DNA of 64,000 nt from Octopus vulgaris (GCA_951406725.2 OX597833.1:34162001-34226000); one strand, 5' to 3'; positions 1 through 13,677 are shown, counted from the stretch's first letter. Notes: a model not told the origin generated them from the sequence alone. Made by a program: numbers and translations.

Positions 1-649
1 TCTTTTATAGGGTGGGGGATGCTCAATTAGGTCAACTTCATTACTTGGATTGTATTTGAATCTATGCCAAAAGGATTGAAGTTGATTCTGGAATATGAAC
101 TCAGGATGCACAAGGACTTAATTAAATACCATAACATTTAATTACAGCTTTAGGCTGTAATATTTGCAATTGCTGTTAATCTTGGATCAGCTGTGACCAT
201 CCTGCCTCTATTCCAGAAAGTCTATTTCTTATTGGTCTTGGGACCATGTAGAGATACCCTTGTGTCGAATAATAATGGTAGTAAGTACGGAACAAAATGC
301 ATCTTTTCTAAATAGTTGTGTGATCACTCTTTAAAATCAAGTCATGGTTATGAATAATGTTAAATTCTCAAATAGGACGAATTTATGAACTAGAAATTTT
401 TTTATTTCCAACTTCACACCTTAATTGAGCCCAACATATCCACCCCATTACTATCAAAAACATTTACCATTGTATTTCTGTCATCTCCAAACCTTTTCTT
501 CACCCTCAGTTTTCAGAGTAAGTTCTCTACTATGTTGTGAAGCTACTATTCATATACATCATGCCAATTTGTTCACTAAAGTTGGCCCTGAAAATCATTC
601 TGAAGCTGGATGTAAGGAATGCTTTTATTCTATCTGATGTTAGGTCCTT

Positions 650-870
650 TTAGGCAATATGGTCAATTTGTATATGATTCATATTTCTGTTCATCTGACC
701 ATTATCATGGCAATTATAAAAGTTCGATCAAATGTGTTGTACAGCAAGGAGATCCTTTGAGGTCCATTCGCTTTTTCACTTTCAATCAATGACATAGCAA
801 AATCTGTGGGCAGAGAACTCAACATGCAGTATCTTGCTAACATGAACTTATGTAAACATCCTTTGCAGTG
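650..870 (+). mobile_element. Highly decayed non-LTR reverse transcriptase fragment
   Basis: Translates to 'VQQGDPL' followed by 'INDIAKSV..ELNMQYL', resembling the QGDPL...WYLDD region of early-branching LINEs; frameshifted; boundaries approximate. Confidence 0.4.
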
Positions 871-1578
871 GATGACACGTTTTCTTATGATACTTGACCA
901 TGAACTTAATGAATAAAAGTGAGCTTCACCTTTTCAATCACATTAACAGAAACAGTATATTCTGTAACATCATGTCTCTTCACATCCCAGAAAGTTTGAA
1001 CTGGTTTTTGCTGGTTGTCCTTATCCTTCCTTCACACTTTATCTCTTTTGTTGAACTACAAAACATCTGTACAATGCATGACCAACAATTTTATACACCC
1101 CAGCCATTAAACCTGGCTACTCTGGTTAATGACTTCTTGTCTTCCAGAAAAATGAGTCCTCATCCCCAGGCAGAGTGTGTACAGTCAGCAGGGTTTTACA
1201 CACAAGTCCATTAATGAGGAAAAATAGAAATTGTGGAATGATGATGTTAGTTTAGAGGAAAGCTATTGTCATTGATGCTGATAATACAAAAAGTTGAATA
1301 TTCACAAATAGATGTCCAGAAGTTTGGTCAATTTGTAAGGCTTTTATTACATTTAAATGGTTGGTTTTCTTTTCATTGGTACAGAATACATTTAATTATC
1401 AAAATTATGTAGTTTAACCCATTAAGGAGTGATATGTAATGTCAAAAATATTGGAAACTCTAACACAACTATTTCACTTGTTTGCAACCCAACAATAAAA
1501 CTGTTTTACATGTATTCTAGATGCTTTCTACCATAATTTATACTTCAAGTAATGACATTTTTCCTTCCCAATTTCTAG

Positions 1579-1661
1579 AACCTTTAACGCAAGATGATTT
1601 TACAAAGATATGGAAAGGAATTCATTACCGTTTGTGGATGCAAGACAAACCTCTTATACAA
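1579..1661 (+). CDS. RRP1B: RRP1B-like exon (first visible; phase-1 start)
   Basis: atttctag|AA...CAA|gtaagt; encodes PLTQDDFTKIWKGIHYRLWMQDKPLIQ. Confidence 0.9.
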
Positions 1662-2570
1662 GTAAGTAAAACACTACACTTATATACATTTAGTGGATCT
1701 AATTTTAGATTGAGATTCAGTTGAAGAAATTTAGAGTTACTGTTTCCACTGGTGATAAAACATTAAAAACTTACATTATATTATACCAATCATCATCATT
1801 GTTGTTAATTTACTTCATTGATGTAATAAAGTGGATCTACCACAATTCAAGAAAATGAGCACAGGTCAATTGAAAGAGTAATTAGAAAATAAAGGTACAG
1901 ACAGGTACATGCTGAAGGGGTAAGTGTGCTAGAATATTTAGTCATCATTTAACATCTCTGTATATTTTTTCCCCCTGCTGGTAGAAGTTGGACAGTTCAT
2001 CTCTAACACTGCCTCATCATTTCTCCTTGGGTTTTCTTTACTCAGCTCTGTTATCCTTTATGCATGTTTCATGTTCAGCTTTCTCACACACTACAAGTGA
2101 TTCCTGTTGGGCTGGGATTTTTCCACCCCCTTACTTCACTTGTGCTCCTTCATTCATGCATACTGGTATTATGTGTCCACTACTGCATACTTCTTTAATT
2201 TTTGTTGCCATTCTTTGCACTCAATGCTCATGTTTCACTACGATTCAATATCACACTTGATTTGAATGGCTGTTGCATTTAGGTGAAAAATTGCAGTGAA
2301 TTAGAAAAAGGTACACAAAGTAGATTTGGTACTAGTTAAGTCTTTAATACACTGAATGCAGACAATCTTCAGTAACCCCGCCACACTCATACACACACAC
2401 TCTCATAATTTAGTTTATTTCTGGTATCCTTGAAAAGAGCTTACAAAATATAGGAATTCCAAATAGTCAAATGTTTTTAACTTTTTTAACAGAAAATTGC
2501 TTTTGTTGCATATTTTGTTTGATTATCATAGAAAGTAATTGATTTTTTTTTTTGTTTAAATGTTTTTTAG

Positions 2571-2714
2571 GAAAAACTTGTCAACGAAGTCTGTGAACTG
2601 CTTCCTCACTTTCCAACTGAAGAATATGCAATGATGTACATAAAAGCTTTCTTTGAGACAGAAGCTCGTGAGTGGAATGGAATAGACCAACAGAGACTGG
2701 ATAAATTCATGATG
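2571..2714 (+). CDS. RRP1B: RRP1B-like exon
   Basis: ttttag|GAA...ATG|gttcgt; EKLVNEVCELL...AREWNGIDQQRLDKFMM. Confidence 0.92.
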
Positions 2715-3360
2715 GTTCGTACCAATTTCTGTAAAAATTTTAGAATCATTTTGATGCTGGGTGAAGGCATTTACTTCACAACCACATGGTTTTAAACAAT
2801 TATCTTTTACCACAACCTTGTGGAGTGAAGTTTGGTAGACAGAAATATGGAAGCTGCGTAAGACCATTAGGTAAATGTATGTATGTGTGTATGCATTTGT
2901 GCATATGTATGAATAAGAAACTGAAATTGCATTGCGCAAAAAGTATTTTGTATTTTGGTTACCTCCTTTCATGTCCAGGCTTACTCCACCTGTTGTCCCT
3001 TGCGAGAGTATAAGACAAAGTACCTGTATCAACAATTGACTAAAATCTTTCAAATTTATGCTCCAGTATGGCTTTGGTCCAATCACTAAAAGGTGTCAAA
3101 GAATAAATAAAAGAGCTGGAGTCTATTTATCATTGGCAAATAAATCAAGGACTTTGTGCAAACAGCTCTCAATCTTGAAGGGATTTTTAAGTCTTTTTAA
3201 TTCATAAGTATGGCTCCATAAAAATGCATTATGAAATGTTCTAGATGTATCTGACTGGAGTATGACAGTAAAAGATAGCATACTAAACTAGAAGTTCTGT
3301 CCCTTCCCCACATCTAAATTAAGACTGGTACTTATTCTATCTGTCTGTAAACAAACCAAT

Positions 3361-3512
3361 ACAGTTTCCATCTACCAGATTCATTCACAAGGCATTGGTT
3401 GACATAGGGCTATAGTAGAAGACACTTGTCCAAGGTGTCATACAGTGGGACTGGCCCAAGACCATGTGGTTGCCAAGTGTGTTTCTTAACTGCACAACCA
3501 TGCCTGTGCCTA
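3361..3512 (-). mobile_element. tRNA-derived SINE fragment
   Basis: Reverse complement of the recurrent head 'ggc..ggctgtgtggt.aagaag...ccacatgg..gggttcagtccc.ctg..tggcaccttgggcaagtgtcttctactatagcc' seen many times in this window. Confidence 0.7.
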
Positions 3513-3663
3513 TGTTGACAGTATTAAGTACCAGCTGTGTACTGCAGTTGGTTGATTCAGGTAGATGGAAACTGTATTGGTCTGTTCAAAATAATGTATA
3601 AATTTATGAAGCTGCTATTTACTTGTTATAATGTAGTGTTACAATTTGCATATACTTTAGCAC

Positions 3664-3696
<33 letters not shown>

Positions 3697-4875
3697 AATG
3701 TAAAACTGAGAGTCTGCTTTACTTTATAAATTTGTTAATGATTTTAGCACTTAATAAGCAGAGAAGATTTATTAGAAATGTAAATTGTGATATATGTTGA
3801 TTTAAGGTTTTTATTTAAAAAGGTTTTAAAAGTATACTGGGAAAACTTCTTCACTCATCTAATAGAATTTATATGTTTCACTGTTTGTTCTAGGAATTGG
3901 ATATTTTGAATATATACATTTGCATAAATTATGTGCATTGTGAATTAACAAGTTGATAATGTTGTTTTTAAAATAATTATTTAAGGGATATTGTGGATTG
4001 ACAGGAACTGTTAATCTTAAATTGAATGACTTGCTGCGTTTATTTAATCCATTTGTGCTCTGAGTTCAATTCCTGCCAAGGTTCACTTTGCTCTCTTATA
4101 AATCAGTTACCTCTTTGAAACTTATTTACAAATGCTTGAAGTGTTGAGATAGCTAATTCTCTATAATCAAATTGTCATTGATTCATTTATGACATACTGT
4201 CACAGACAGACAATACATGTAGCAGAGATAACTGCTTGGAGGAGCTTAACTAATGTAGTATGGATTTGACTTGTACTTTGTTTACATTCATAAACAGCAT
4301 GAAATTAAAACACTCAAGGCACTATAACTACCATTCATTATATATTAATGTAGTACTCTGCCTTTATCTGAGACTGTACTAATGCAACACACATAAGCAT
4401 CTTGGATGACTCTCCAATAATATGACTTTTTATTAATTTGGCCTGGCTGTGGAGAAATTAACAGATGTTATTAAACAGAAATAAGATGCAAGCAAATGCC
4501 AAAAGTTGATCTTTAGTTGACTGTGCTGCTGTTTTCTGTGCAATTTGTGTAAGCAGTAAATAGTTAGACATATGCCATTTATTTTTTGAATGTTCAAGTT
4601 GTATTTTGCTATAATATTTCAGTACATAACTATTTTACAATTCATCAACTACTCTTGCAGACTTTCTATTTTGACAATTTGTTATTATTATACTGTTTTG
4701 AGTTCTTTGATGACGGAACAATCAAAACTGTTTGAAACACTGGGATTTATCAAGTAAAAGAGACTAAATTGTTTTTAAAATGTTAACCATGTGAACTATG
4801 TAATAAAAATAATATGTTGATCTCTAACATTTAGCTGATGTCTTTTAAATATAAATTTTTGTATCTCTTTTCTAG

Positions 4876-5070
4876 CTTATCCGAGAGTTTGTAAATTCAA
4901 CATTTGTGTTTCTGTCCAAGTCCGACTGGAAATTCGATCTCATAAAGCAATTGAATGTTATCATGGAAGAGAGTGTATTCAATGTAGGAAAGGCTATGCA
5001 ACCTACTAGTCTACAGTTGCATCTAATTGATGTTTACTTTTTAGAGTTGAGGAAAGTTGTCAACGAACAG
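4876..5070 (+). CDS. RRP1B: RRP1B-like exon
   Basis: ttctag|CTT...CAG|gttggt; LIREFVNSTFVFLSKSDW...LQLHLIDVYFLELRKVVNEQ. Confidence 0.9.
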
Positions 5071-5994
5071 GTTGGTAATAGTTTTTTATTTTTTCTTTCT
5101 CCCTTCTTCATCTTCTGTGTGAGTGGATAAGTGCAGGCATGGCTGAAGATGGTTGAAGAGTTTGCTTCACAATCATGAGGACTTTGACTGTTATTGTAGG
5201 TAGGTGGCCATCTATGTCTCTCCTTTCTTTTTAGGGTTATATTAACCACCATCTTGTTTAAGGTGTGATTTGAAGGAGAATTGGCTGGTATTTCTAACAG
5301 GTCAGGTGACTGGAAGCTCCATTATTGGTTTGAGTAAAATTAGGTAATTGGAAATAGTATAGATCCCCATCAGATAGGTTGTAGCTATCAAAAGGCCAGA
5401 TTTGTCATGTTGTCTACTTGAAGTTTATATTAAGGGTTTAATAGTCTGTGGAATATTCAGCCACCTTAGTTTATAATCATTGTTTGAACATCCCATTTTT
5501 TTATGCTTGATTTGCCTTAAATGAGTCAAGTACTCATATTGACCCGATGTTATCCATAGTACAAAGCATCATGAAATCTTCATAAACAGTACTTAGGAAG
5601 AGTGTGGTAGTATATATTTCATAGCTATGAGAAGCAGGAACAGTGACTAAATAGTGAGGGCAGTGTTCAAATTCTTGCTAAAAGCCTACAAACTGCAAGA
5701 AGAAGCCTCTGTAGTGTATCTATTCTTGGGTCCCTAAATAAAACGAATCTATAATTCTACAGGCTTCATAATCATCATTACATAATCATCTTAATGAGAT
5801 GTCTATTTTATATTGAATTTTGTGAAACAGTGTTAGTGGTTTTACAACAGGTCAATCATTGGTTCTGTGCAGTTGTGGTGGCTAGAGTGACAGTGTCTGT
5901 GCAACTTGAGAAAGCATCAGTTTGTTCGACCAGAAGCTATGCTAGAAATTATTTGCTTAACATGTCATCTGGTTGGAAAACAAACTTCTTAACC

Positions 5995-6175
5995 ATGCAG
6001 CCATGCCTGTGCCCTCGGTGTAGTTAAGAAGTTTGCTACTGAGCCACATGGTTTCTGGTTTAGTTCCACTGCCTGGTACCTTGGGCAAGTGTCTTCTTCT
6101 ATAACCCTGGGCTGACCAAAGCCTTGTGAGTAGATTTGGTGGACAGAAACTGCAGGAAACCCATTGTTTGTGTGT
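5995..6175 (+). mobile_element. tRNA-derived SINE fragment
   Basis: Same family on the plus strand: ccacatggtttctggtttagttccactgcctggtaccttgggcaagtgtcttcttctataacc... Confidence 0.7.
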
Positions 6176-6692
6176 GCATGCACTGATTTTGATATTCTAT
6201 GGTTGTCATTGACTGATGTTGCTGATACGACTGGTTGCTCTGTGCTTTTGAAAACCTCTAGAATAAAAAGTATTCTTTTTTTGAAAGCAGGTAAAGGTTG
6301 GCAATAGAAAGAGCATCCAACTATAAAAATTGAAAAGCCCATCGTGTATTTGTATTATATACTTGTGTGTGTGTCTCCTTGTTTTGACATAACATGATAG
6401 TTGTATTGTGATCATACAAGCAGTATCATTCATTTCCAATCTTCCTTGAAAACATATATGGACTGGGGGAAATATTACCTTAAATGAAAATAGGTGCGGG
6501 TTGGTAACAGGAAAGGCATCCAGCCATAGAGTATATGCCTCGAAATGAATTCTGTCTGAGTCATGCACATATGAGAAAGTAAATGTCAAAATAAAAGATG
6601 AGAGGTGTAATGATTCAGGATAGAGATGGCACTGATTTTCAAATCCTTTATATGTGAGTGGCTGAGTATTCCACAGACATGCCTGTCCTTAA

Positions 6693-6892
6693 CCCTCTAG
6701 CAATCAAATTACTGTCGCATGTAATGTTTATTCACAGGTTTGAATTAATCTTGCATTCCTCTCTTAGCTTCAAGATTTCAACAATGTGATTGTTTATTTT
6801 TTGAATGATAGCATAGGGTAGGTGTGAGAGGTCATATCTGGTCAGTTTAAACATAAAACAGGTAGAATATTGGATATGGCCAGTTTAAAGGG
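6693..6892. mobile_element. piggyBac-type MITE
   Basis: ttaa|ccctctagca...tttaaaggg|ttga; homologous, in reverse orientation, to 12406-12590 and 61387-61606. Confidence 0.65.
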
Positions 6893-7119
6893 TTGACAAT
6901 TCTACTTAGTTCCATTCACCTAATTTTACTAACAAGCCATGGTTCAATTCAAGGTTATAATAAAAATACTTGCCCACAAGGCCATACAGTGATATTGAAC
7001 TTGGGAGCTTATGATTGTGGAGCAAACCTCTTAACCATTTGATCATATTTGTATGTAATATAACTATTTTAGCATTTGTTGTTTGTACTATTTTAACAAA
7101 GTGTCTCTTGTTTCTGCAG

Positions 7120-7184
7120 CTCACTCCTGATACTGCTACCCATTTGTTTACTGCATTTGTAAATGTTTTTCCTGTTCTCAATAA
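7120..7184 (+). CDS. RRP1B: RRP1B-like exon
   Basis: ttctgcag|CTC...AA|gtaagt; LTPDTATHLFTAFVNVFPVLN; phase fits both neighbours. Confidence 0.85.
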
Positions 7185-7812
7185 GTAAGTTTTCCTCTTT
7201 TTCTTCTTTCCAAAAGAAAATTATAATACAATGGTTAATATTCATCTATTGTGAATATTAGATTCCATATCTAAAAGAGATCAGACAGTCTTAGATTTCA
7301 AGTTAAAAGGTTTTGCCTTATTTATATTATTGTTGTTGCTAAATAGCTACTACCATGTACCTAGTAATATTATTTGTTAATCTGTCCTGAGAGGCAAAGG
7401 AAATCCTTTCCAGTTTAGAGACCTGGTATGAATGCTTACAACAGAGTGGACGGCAAAAGAAACCCAAAGACTAGGTAGTGGGTTTTAAGCCAGGCATTGA
7501 CTGAAGTCAACAATGAGTTTTTCCCACAGGCTCATATATACAGTTTCCATTTACTATATTTCTCTTTATGGTTTTGATTGATATGAGGCCATGAGAGAAG
7601 ACATTGTCCAATGTTTCAGTGTAGTGGGATTGAACCTGAAACAACATAGTTGCAATGCAAACATCTTGAGCATACAGTTACTTCTGTGTCCACAGAGCAT
7701 AATGAATTTGGCGAGAACAGGAATACCATAGGAAGATTTTGTTGTGGACAGTAATGTTGTTGAGCAGCATGTCGGACCTTATTATGATTAAAAGTACTCC
7801 TGTTGTTAATAT

Positions 7813-10300
7813 TCCCCTTTCTCTCCCCCCCCCCTTATAATTGCACATATTTATATTTGGCTGCTATTTCTGCATTTGAAAACTTCATAGAGCCTCTATT
7901 ATTGGACCATGGGTAATCATGTAGACAACATGTAATGTAAATTCCTCTTTTTAAACAAGAGGACTGCTTGACCAGTACAATAGCCTGCCTTGTCTTTTAA
8001 GCTGTAAGACCATTACATTTCTGATTTTTGATGTCCCTTGCTTATAGAAGGTCATCACCACTGAGCATTGATTGGCGATGGTGTTGCAGTATGGGAAAAC
8101 ATGTATTAGGTAGTGCCATTTGCAGCAACATTCTATGGTTGCACAGGCTTCTCTCTCAACGATGGATTGGTGTTTTTGTTTTTGAAAGGGACCTTCCTTG
8201 TGATAGTGTCCCTCCCAAGGCTGGGTCAGAAAACTGTTTTGATAGTAAGTGGTATTCCAGGTTGTGGAACGGCAAGAATGGCATTTACCAATGCAGTCTT
8301 TCGAGAAGAGATGTGATTGCTGTTTTTGCTTCTTTTGGCAGTCCTGCTTTGTTGAAATTCTCTCTGGCACTTGTAAGTGGAATGGTGAGTCTGGAGCACT
8401 TAGGTATCCACTTTGCATCATATACAAAAATGTCTATTATTTGATTTAGTTCTCTCAATGTTCTTGATTCTGGCATATCTAGTAGAGCTTGATACCTTTT
8501 AGGGTCAGATTTTATTGATGGATTTCCAATGTCCAAGGAAGCTGATTTACTTCAGAGAATTGACTCTTAATCTTATTGATTGTCATGTCAGATGTTTTGG
8601 ATGTCTGGATAAATCTCCTGAGGCTATTGTCATGTTCTTGATGGTCTTTGCCAGCTATGATGATGTCATTTAGATAGGCAAAGGTTTTTTGAAGATTGTT
8701 TCTTTTTATGAATTCATCCATGACATGCTGGAAAATTGCTGCAGCGTTGGTACAACCAAATGGGAGACATTTAAACTCATAGTCTCCCCCCTGCTTCAAA
8801 TGCTCTCACTTTATAGCCTTTGGGTAGGAATTCCACCTGGTGATATGCAGCTGTCATATCTATGTTGCTGAAAATCTTATTTGCTGTTACTTCATTTAGA
8901 TGATCATCGATCCAGTGGGTGGGGGTAGGCATCCAGTTGTGTGTAGATATTTATAGTGTTTGAGTAGTCGATCACCACTCTTGTCTTCCTTCCATTAGAT
9001 GTTACAAAGCATTGAGCTCGCCAGGGACTATGGCTTTCCTGAATTATGTCCTCTGAAAGTAACCTGTTTATTTTGTGCTTAATAAACTCTGCATCTTGAA
9101 GTTATTGTAATTGGTCTAAGCTTAGAGGTCTTAATGTCAGGAAATAGTTCGTACATGGTGCATTTTAGGCTTGACATGGACATGCAGAATGACACAGGTT
9201 TGAACATACCCTTGAAGTCAATTGTTACTGCCAAGTGTTGACTGAAGATATTAATTTTGATGATGACCAGAGCTACAAGGTGGTCGGCCACTAGGAAATT
9301 AGCATTATATGCATTATTTCACAGTTGTAGTTTGCTGCTGAATTTGCCTTTAACTTCCAGTGTTGTGATGTTGGTCAAGTTGGCAGGTATGATCGTATTG
9401 TAATCCCCCAGACTTCAAGAAGATTCGCTTCTATAAATGTCCTGTCAGAATTGTCCTTAATTTTAATGGGTATCAGCCATCCTGTACTGTTTATTACTGC
9501 TAAAATGATGGATGGTAAGGTTCCAACACTGTTTTATTCAAAGTTGCTCTTGGGCTCTGTGATAGCTGTTGTTTTAGGTAAGTTTTGTTTGTTTCTTGAT
9601 GGCTTTTTTGAGAAGCAGACTTTCTCTCAATGGCCTTTCTTCTGACACCCTTTGCAAGTGAAGTTTCTTGCTGATTTTTTTTTATGGATGTCTCCACCAC
9701 ACCAAAAGCCTGCTGATTTGGTGGCTGCAAGATGGGGGTGATTGATTGATACCAGCTGAGCCTTGCAATTGGTTGCGAATATCTTCAGTGGCCACCTCCA
9801 TGGTTTGAGCAAGCTTATAGAGCGTTTCTAAGCTGTCATTTGATGACTCAAGAAGTCTTTGTCTGATTGATGGTGATTGAAGCCCAACCACAAAGGCATC
9901 ACCAATTAGAATTTCTTGGTAATGGTCTGCCGTTAGGGCTTGGATTCTACACTTCTTGGCCAGCACCTGAAGGGTTGGCATAAATTCTTCTATAGGCTCG
10001 TTTTCTTTTGTTTTCAAGTTAGTAGCTTATGGTACATCATTATGTATGAACTTTGAGTCCAGGCGTTCTATTGCTGCCTAGAAGGTTTCAGCTTCTTCAA
10101 CGATAGGGTAGGTCTTTGCTCTGCAGAGGACTAAAAGTACCTCCAGTTTAGATTCATTTGGAACTTCTGCTTTTGCAATGTAGATGTTTAGTATCCGTTT
10201 CCAGTAAATATAATCTTCCTCAGTTGGGTTTTCTGGTAGGATCCTCTCAAACACTTTGGCATCCATTTAGAATGAAGTTTGAATAAAATTTATCATAAAC
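7813..10300 (-). mobile_element. Decayed Ty3/Gypsy LTR retrotransposon (gag, CCHC, RT, RNase H) in an RRP1B intron
   Basis: Minus-strand ORF fragments: gag (DAFVVGLQSPSIRQRLL), zinc knuckle CKGCQKKGH, RT (YEFKCLPFGCTNAAAIFQ...AYLNDIII), RNase H (SIVEREACA). Polypurine tract at about 7813-7836. Many stops and frameshifts; integrase largely missing. Confidence 0.88.
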
Positions 10301-10555
10301 CAGTTTAAAGAGGCTTTTATTCAAACTTAATTTCTGCTTGCTGTCTAATCCATTAATCATGGCTGTCCAATGATTAAGATGTGTTGTTTTATATTAAATA
10401 AAGACAGTATCCATCTATCAATATCATTCGACACTATGCCTCAATACAAAATAAGATATCTATATTTTTATCTATTATTTTACTATTGTAGAAAGGAATT
10501 AATGATAGGATATTACAATTTGTAACATGCATCTTATGCTTTGTTTCTTTTGTAG

Positions 10556-10706
10556 CCCTATTGTTGTGGCCAGCATCTTTAAATTACTCAATAAACTAAT
10601 CTTTGATGAGGAATCTCCCGAGGATAAAAAGAATAGGAAAAGATATGTTTTAAATGGCTATGAAGAACGAGATGCAACAGATTTTGAAAATCCAGTGAAG
10701 CTCACA
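10556..10706 (+). CDS. RRP1B: RRP1B-like exon
   Basis: tttgtag|C...ACA|gtaagt; PIVVASIFKLLNKLIFDEES...PVKLT. Confidence 0.85.
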
Positions 10707-11089
10707 GTAAGTCATATTGCTTACTAAAAAATTTCAGTGTGCTCAGAGTAGCAGCATTCACAAACACACACACACACACAGAATTAGGGGGCTGTGAGTA
10801 ATGTGGAATCTAACAAAGAGCAAGGATTGAAACATTTTTCATTGCAGTTAAAATTAGCATGCTCTCTATTGGGTTGTGATTTGAAGGAATTTGGTTATTC
10901 TTAGCAGGGCTGGCAACTGTATAGAGCTTACCTCATTTGGCTCAAGATGATACTAGTAATAGTAGCATGTACATTTATGTTGAAAATATTCTTGACAGAA
11001 TCAGTGGAACACTGGACAAAATGTCAAGTGTATTTAGTTAGATCTCTTTGTGTCTTAGGTTCAAGTGCACTGAGATTGATAAAATATAG

Positions 11090-11560
11090 AAATCGAAATC
11101 AAATTTAATGACGGCACCGCATGGCTGGCATCCATGCTAGTGGAGCACTAAGAGCACCATCCAAGCGTGATCGTTGCCAGGGCCACTGACTGGCCCCCAT
11201 GCGAGTGGTACATAAAAAGCACCATTCGAGTGTGATCGTTACCAGCGTCGCCTTACTGGCACGTGAAAAACAACATTCAAGCGAGGTCCGTTGCCAGTGC
11301 CGCTAGACTGGCTTCTGTGCAAGTGACACGTAAAAAACACCATTTGAGCCTGGCTGTTACCAGTACCACCTGACTGGCCCTTGTGCTGGTGGCACATAAA
11401 AGCACCCACTACACTCTCAGAGTGGTTGGCATTAGGAAGGACATCCAACTGTAGAAACTCTGCCAGATCAGATTAGAGCCTGGTGCAGCCATCTGGCTTG
11501 CTAGTCCCCAGTCAAACCATCCAATCCATGCCAGCATGGAAGGTGGACATTAAACAATGA
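11090..11560 (+). mobile_element. SINE-related dispersed repeat with internal tandem array of about 56 bp
   Basis: Repeated 'aaaaagcaccatt.gag.gtg.tcgtt.ccag' units, then 'gagtggttggcattaggaagg.catcca.ctgtagaaac' and a (gat)n-like tail; homologous to 27020-27460 and 36975-37830. Confidence 0.75.
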
Positions 11561-12107
11561 TGGTGATAATATACAAATCAAGTACGGGGAGAAGTGGGGC
11601 AGTCGTTATTTGGTTTTGTATCCTTCCACAAAATTTTTGGCTTATGATTGTGAATATTCTTTTTATTGGATGGAAGAATAGCAGAATCATTTGAGTGTTG
11701 GACAAAATGTGTTGTAATATTTGGTTGGAGGTCAGCTTTATTATTATTAATTTTCTATGCCAACCAGTGTACAATACTGTGCATTGACTTAGTGATTCTA
11801 TCATCACTACTTCAGCAAATATGGTGCATTCTGTTTTGCTGAGGTCTAATACTACCAAATCTGTCCTGAAGTGTACCTGTACTTGCCTGACTAATACTGT
11901 CTTTCCTTGCAATGTAATTATTTCTAAATTGGATTTTCAGTGTTCCCTTTATTAAAATATGATCATAATAATTTATTGTCTAATTTATTTTCTAAAACAA
12001 ACTAGTTTTGGTTCATAGATGTCTGTGAAGTTAGTGGAAGTCAGAGTTAGCTCCAAACTGCTTAACTTAATTATTCCCATTTAATGTTTGGTATTGTTTG
12101 TTTCAAG

Positions 12108-12205
12108 ATCGATTTGGAAAAGTTTTCAACCATTCTCATGGATAGGGCCAGTAGTGAAAAAGGTACATTTAAACGACGGAAGCAGTTATATAATCTCATC
12201 AAGCG
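12108..12205 (+). CDS. RRP1B: RRP1B-like exon
   Basis: tttcaag|ATC...CG|gtaag; IDLEKFSTILMDRASSEKGTFKRRKQLYNLIK, similar to vertebrate FDYxAVAxRLFEMAS...NRKRLY. Confidence 0.88.
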
Positions 12206-12405
12206 GTAAGAATACTTTTATAATACCTCCTTCACTCACCTTTTCTCTTTCTCTTACATAAATTAAATCTGGTGTTAGATCCCAACTCTGATCATTCTTG
12301 ATTATAAATTAAGTAAAAGCAAAAAAAACTTTGCCTTTAAGTTGTATGAATGAGTGAATGCTGACACTAGTGTATTGGACAAGAAGTCATTGTTTTGTGT
12401 CTTAA

Positions 12406-12590
12406 CCCTTTAGCGTTTAAACGGGCCATATTTTTCCTGTTTTATGTTCAACGCAGCCAGATTTGGCCTCTCTCACCTATCCTACAATGTCATTCTAAAA
12501 ATAAACAATCAGTCATCAAACTCTTGAAGCTACAAGATAATATGAATAAATAAGCATTACATTCAAGAAAGTAATCTGAATGCTAAAGGG
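12406..12590. mobile_element. piggyBac-type MITE
   Basis: ttaa|ccctttagcgttt...gaatgctaaaggg|ctaa; short TIRs and degenerate TTAA TSD. Confidence 0.75.
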
Positions 12591-12849
12591 CTAATACCGC
12601 TACTGCATTGTATCATTGCCAAGTACATCAATCTATAACTAACTCATGTTGACTGTTACAGAGGTATCAATCAGCAGTGATGATGATAATAATGCTCGGT
12701 TCAATTCCTTCTACACCACAAATCTACAAATGATGGAATCCTGTCCTCTGAAAAAATTATGTCTCTACTTAACATGTGAATCTAGAGCAGATCACTATCC
12801 CAATGGATTTTTGTCACTCAGAAAATTTTGTCTTATTATTCAGAAGTGT

Positions 12850-13643
12850 ATACACAGAAGTCGTTTCATCTAATCTTCTGAACCATGGGTGAGATTTGGT
12901 CTTAACATGTAATCATTTGTTTTACTGGTTCACTGCAGTTGTGATAAAGGGAGTATCTGTAACTTGGTGCAGAATAAATACCATTTCAAAATCAAGAGTT
13001 GTAATGTGATGAGAAATGGATCCAATGCAACAATCGGAAATGTTCAGCTCAATGGTTGGATAAAGTTGAGCCACCAATACACAGTCCAAGAAGCAAAATT
13101 CATCAAAAGAAGCTGATGGAGTGTGTTTGGTCTGGCACAGGTGTGATCCATTATGATTTCATTAAACCTAGTTCATCGATCACAGCTGTAGTATAAATAC
13201 TGCAGCCAACTGGAGCAAATAATGCAGAAACTTACAGAAAAAAAACAGCCTTGATTAGCCAACAGATCCACTCCTGTTTTATTGTAAGACAATGCCAGAC
13301 CACACATCACAAAACAGGTGTTGGAGTTGGAAGTTCTCCATCATCCACCATACTCACCTGATCTTGCCCCCACTGACTACCACTTCTTTCAGAATTTGGA
13401 TAACTTTTTGGTAGGAAAAAAAATTTTATTACAATGATGCTTTAAAACAGGCCTTCCAAGAGTTTATTGACTCTAGATTGCCAGGCTTTTACAGTTCCGG
13501 GCTGGATAAGCTACCACTGAAATGGCAAAAGTGTATTGACAATATGGGTGCATACTTTGATGAATAAAACTATTCCTTGTATTTATAAAACATTGGCAAA
13601 CTTTCTTGTCTTTTCTAAAAATTTCACACTTGACGACCTAATA
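12850..13643 (+). mobile_element. Decayed mariner transposase
   Basis: Fragments DEKW, VIHYDF, DNARPH, LHHPPYSPDLAPTDYHFF; 3' terminus ...gacgacctaata. Confidence 0.85.
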
Positions 13644-13677
13644 GTTTTACTTCGAGTTCAAATCAATACTTGTGGTC

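Noticed and set aside
1521-1578. ATG at 1521 as the RRP1B start
   Set aside because: A pyrimidine tract and AG at 1577-1578 define an internal exon, and the conserved Nop52 N-terminus is missing, so the first exon must be upstream.
11140-11410. Regularly spaced 'aaaaagcacc' units resembling a CRISPR array
   Set aside because: The whole units are homologous, so there are no unique spacers. They sit within a dispersed SINE-like repeat in a eukaryotic intron, and there are no cas genes.
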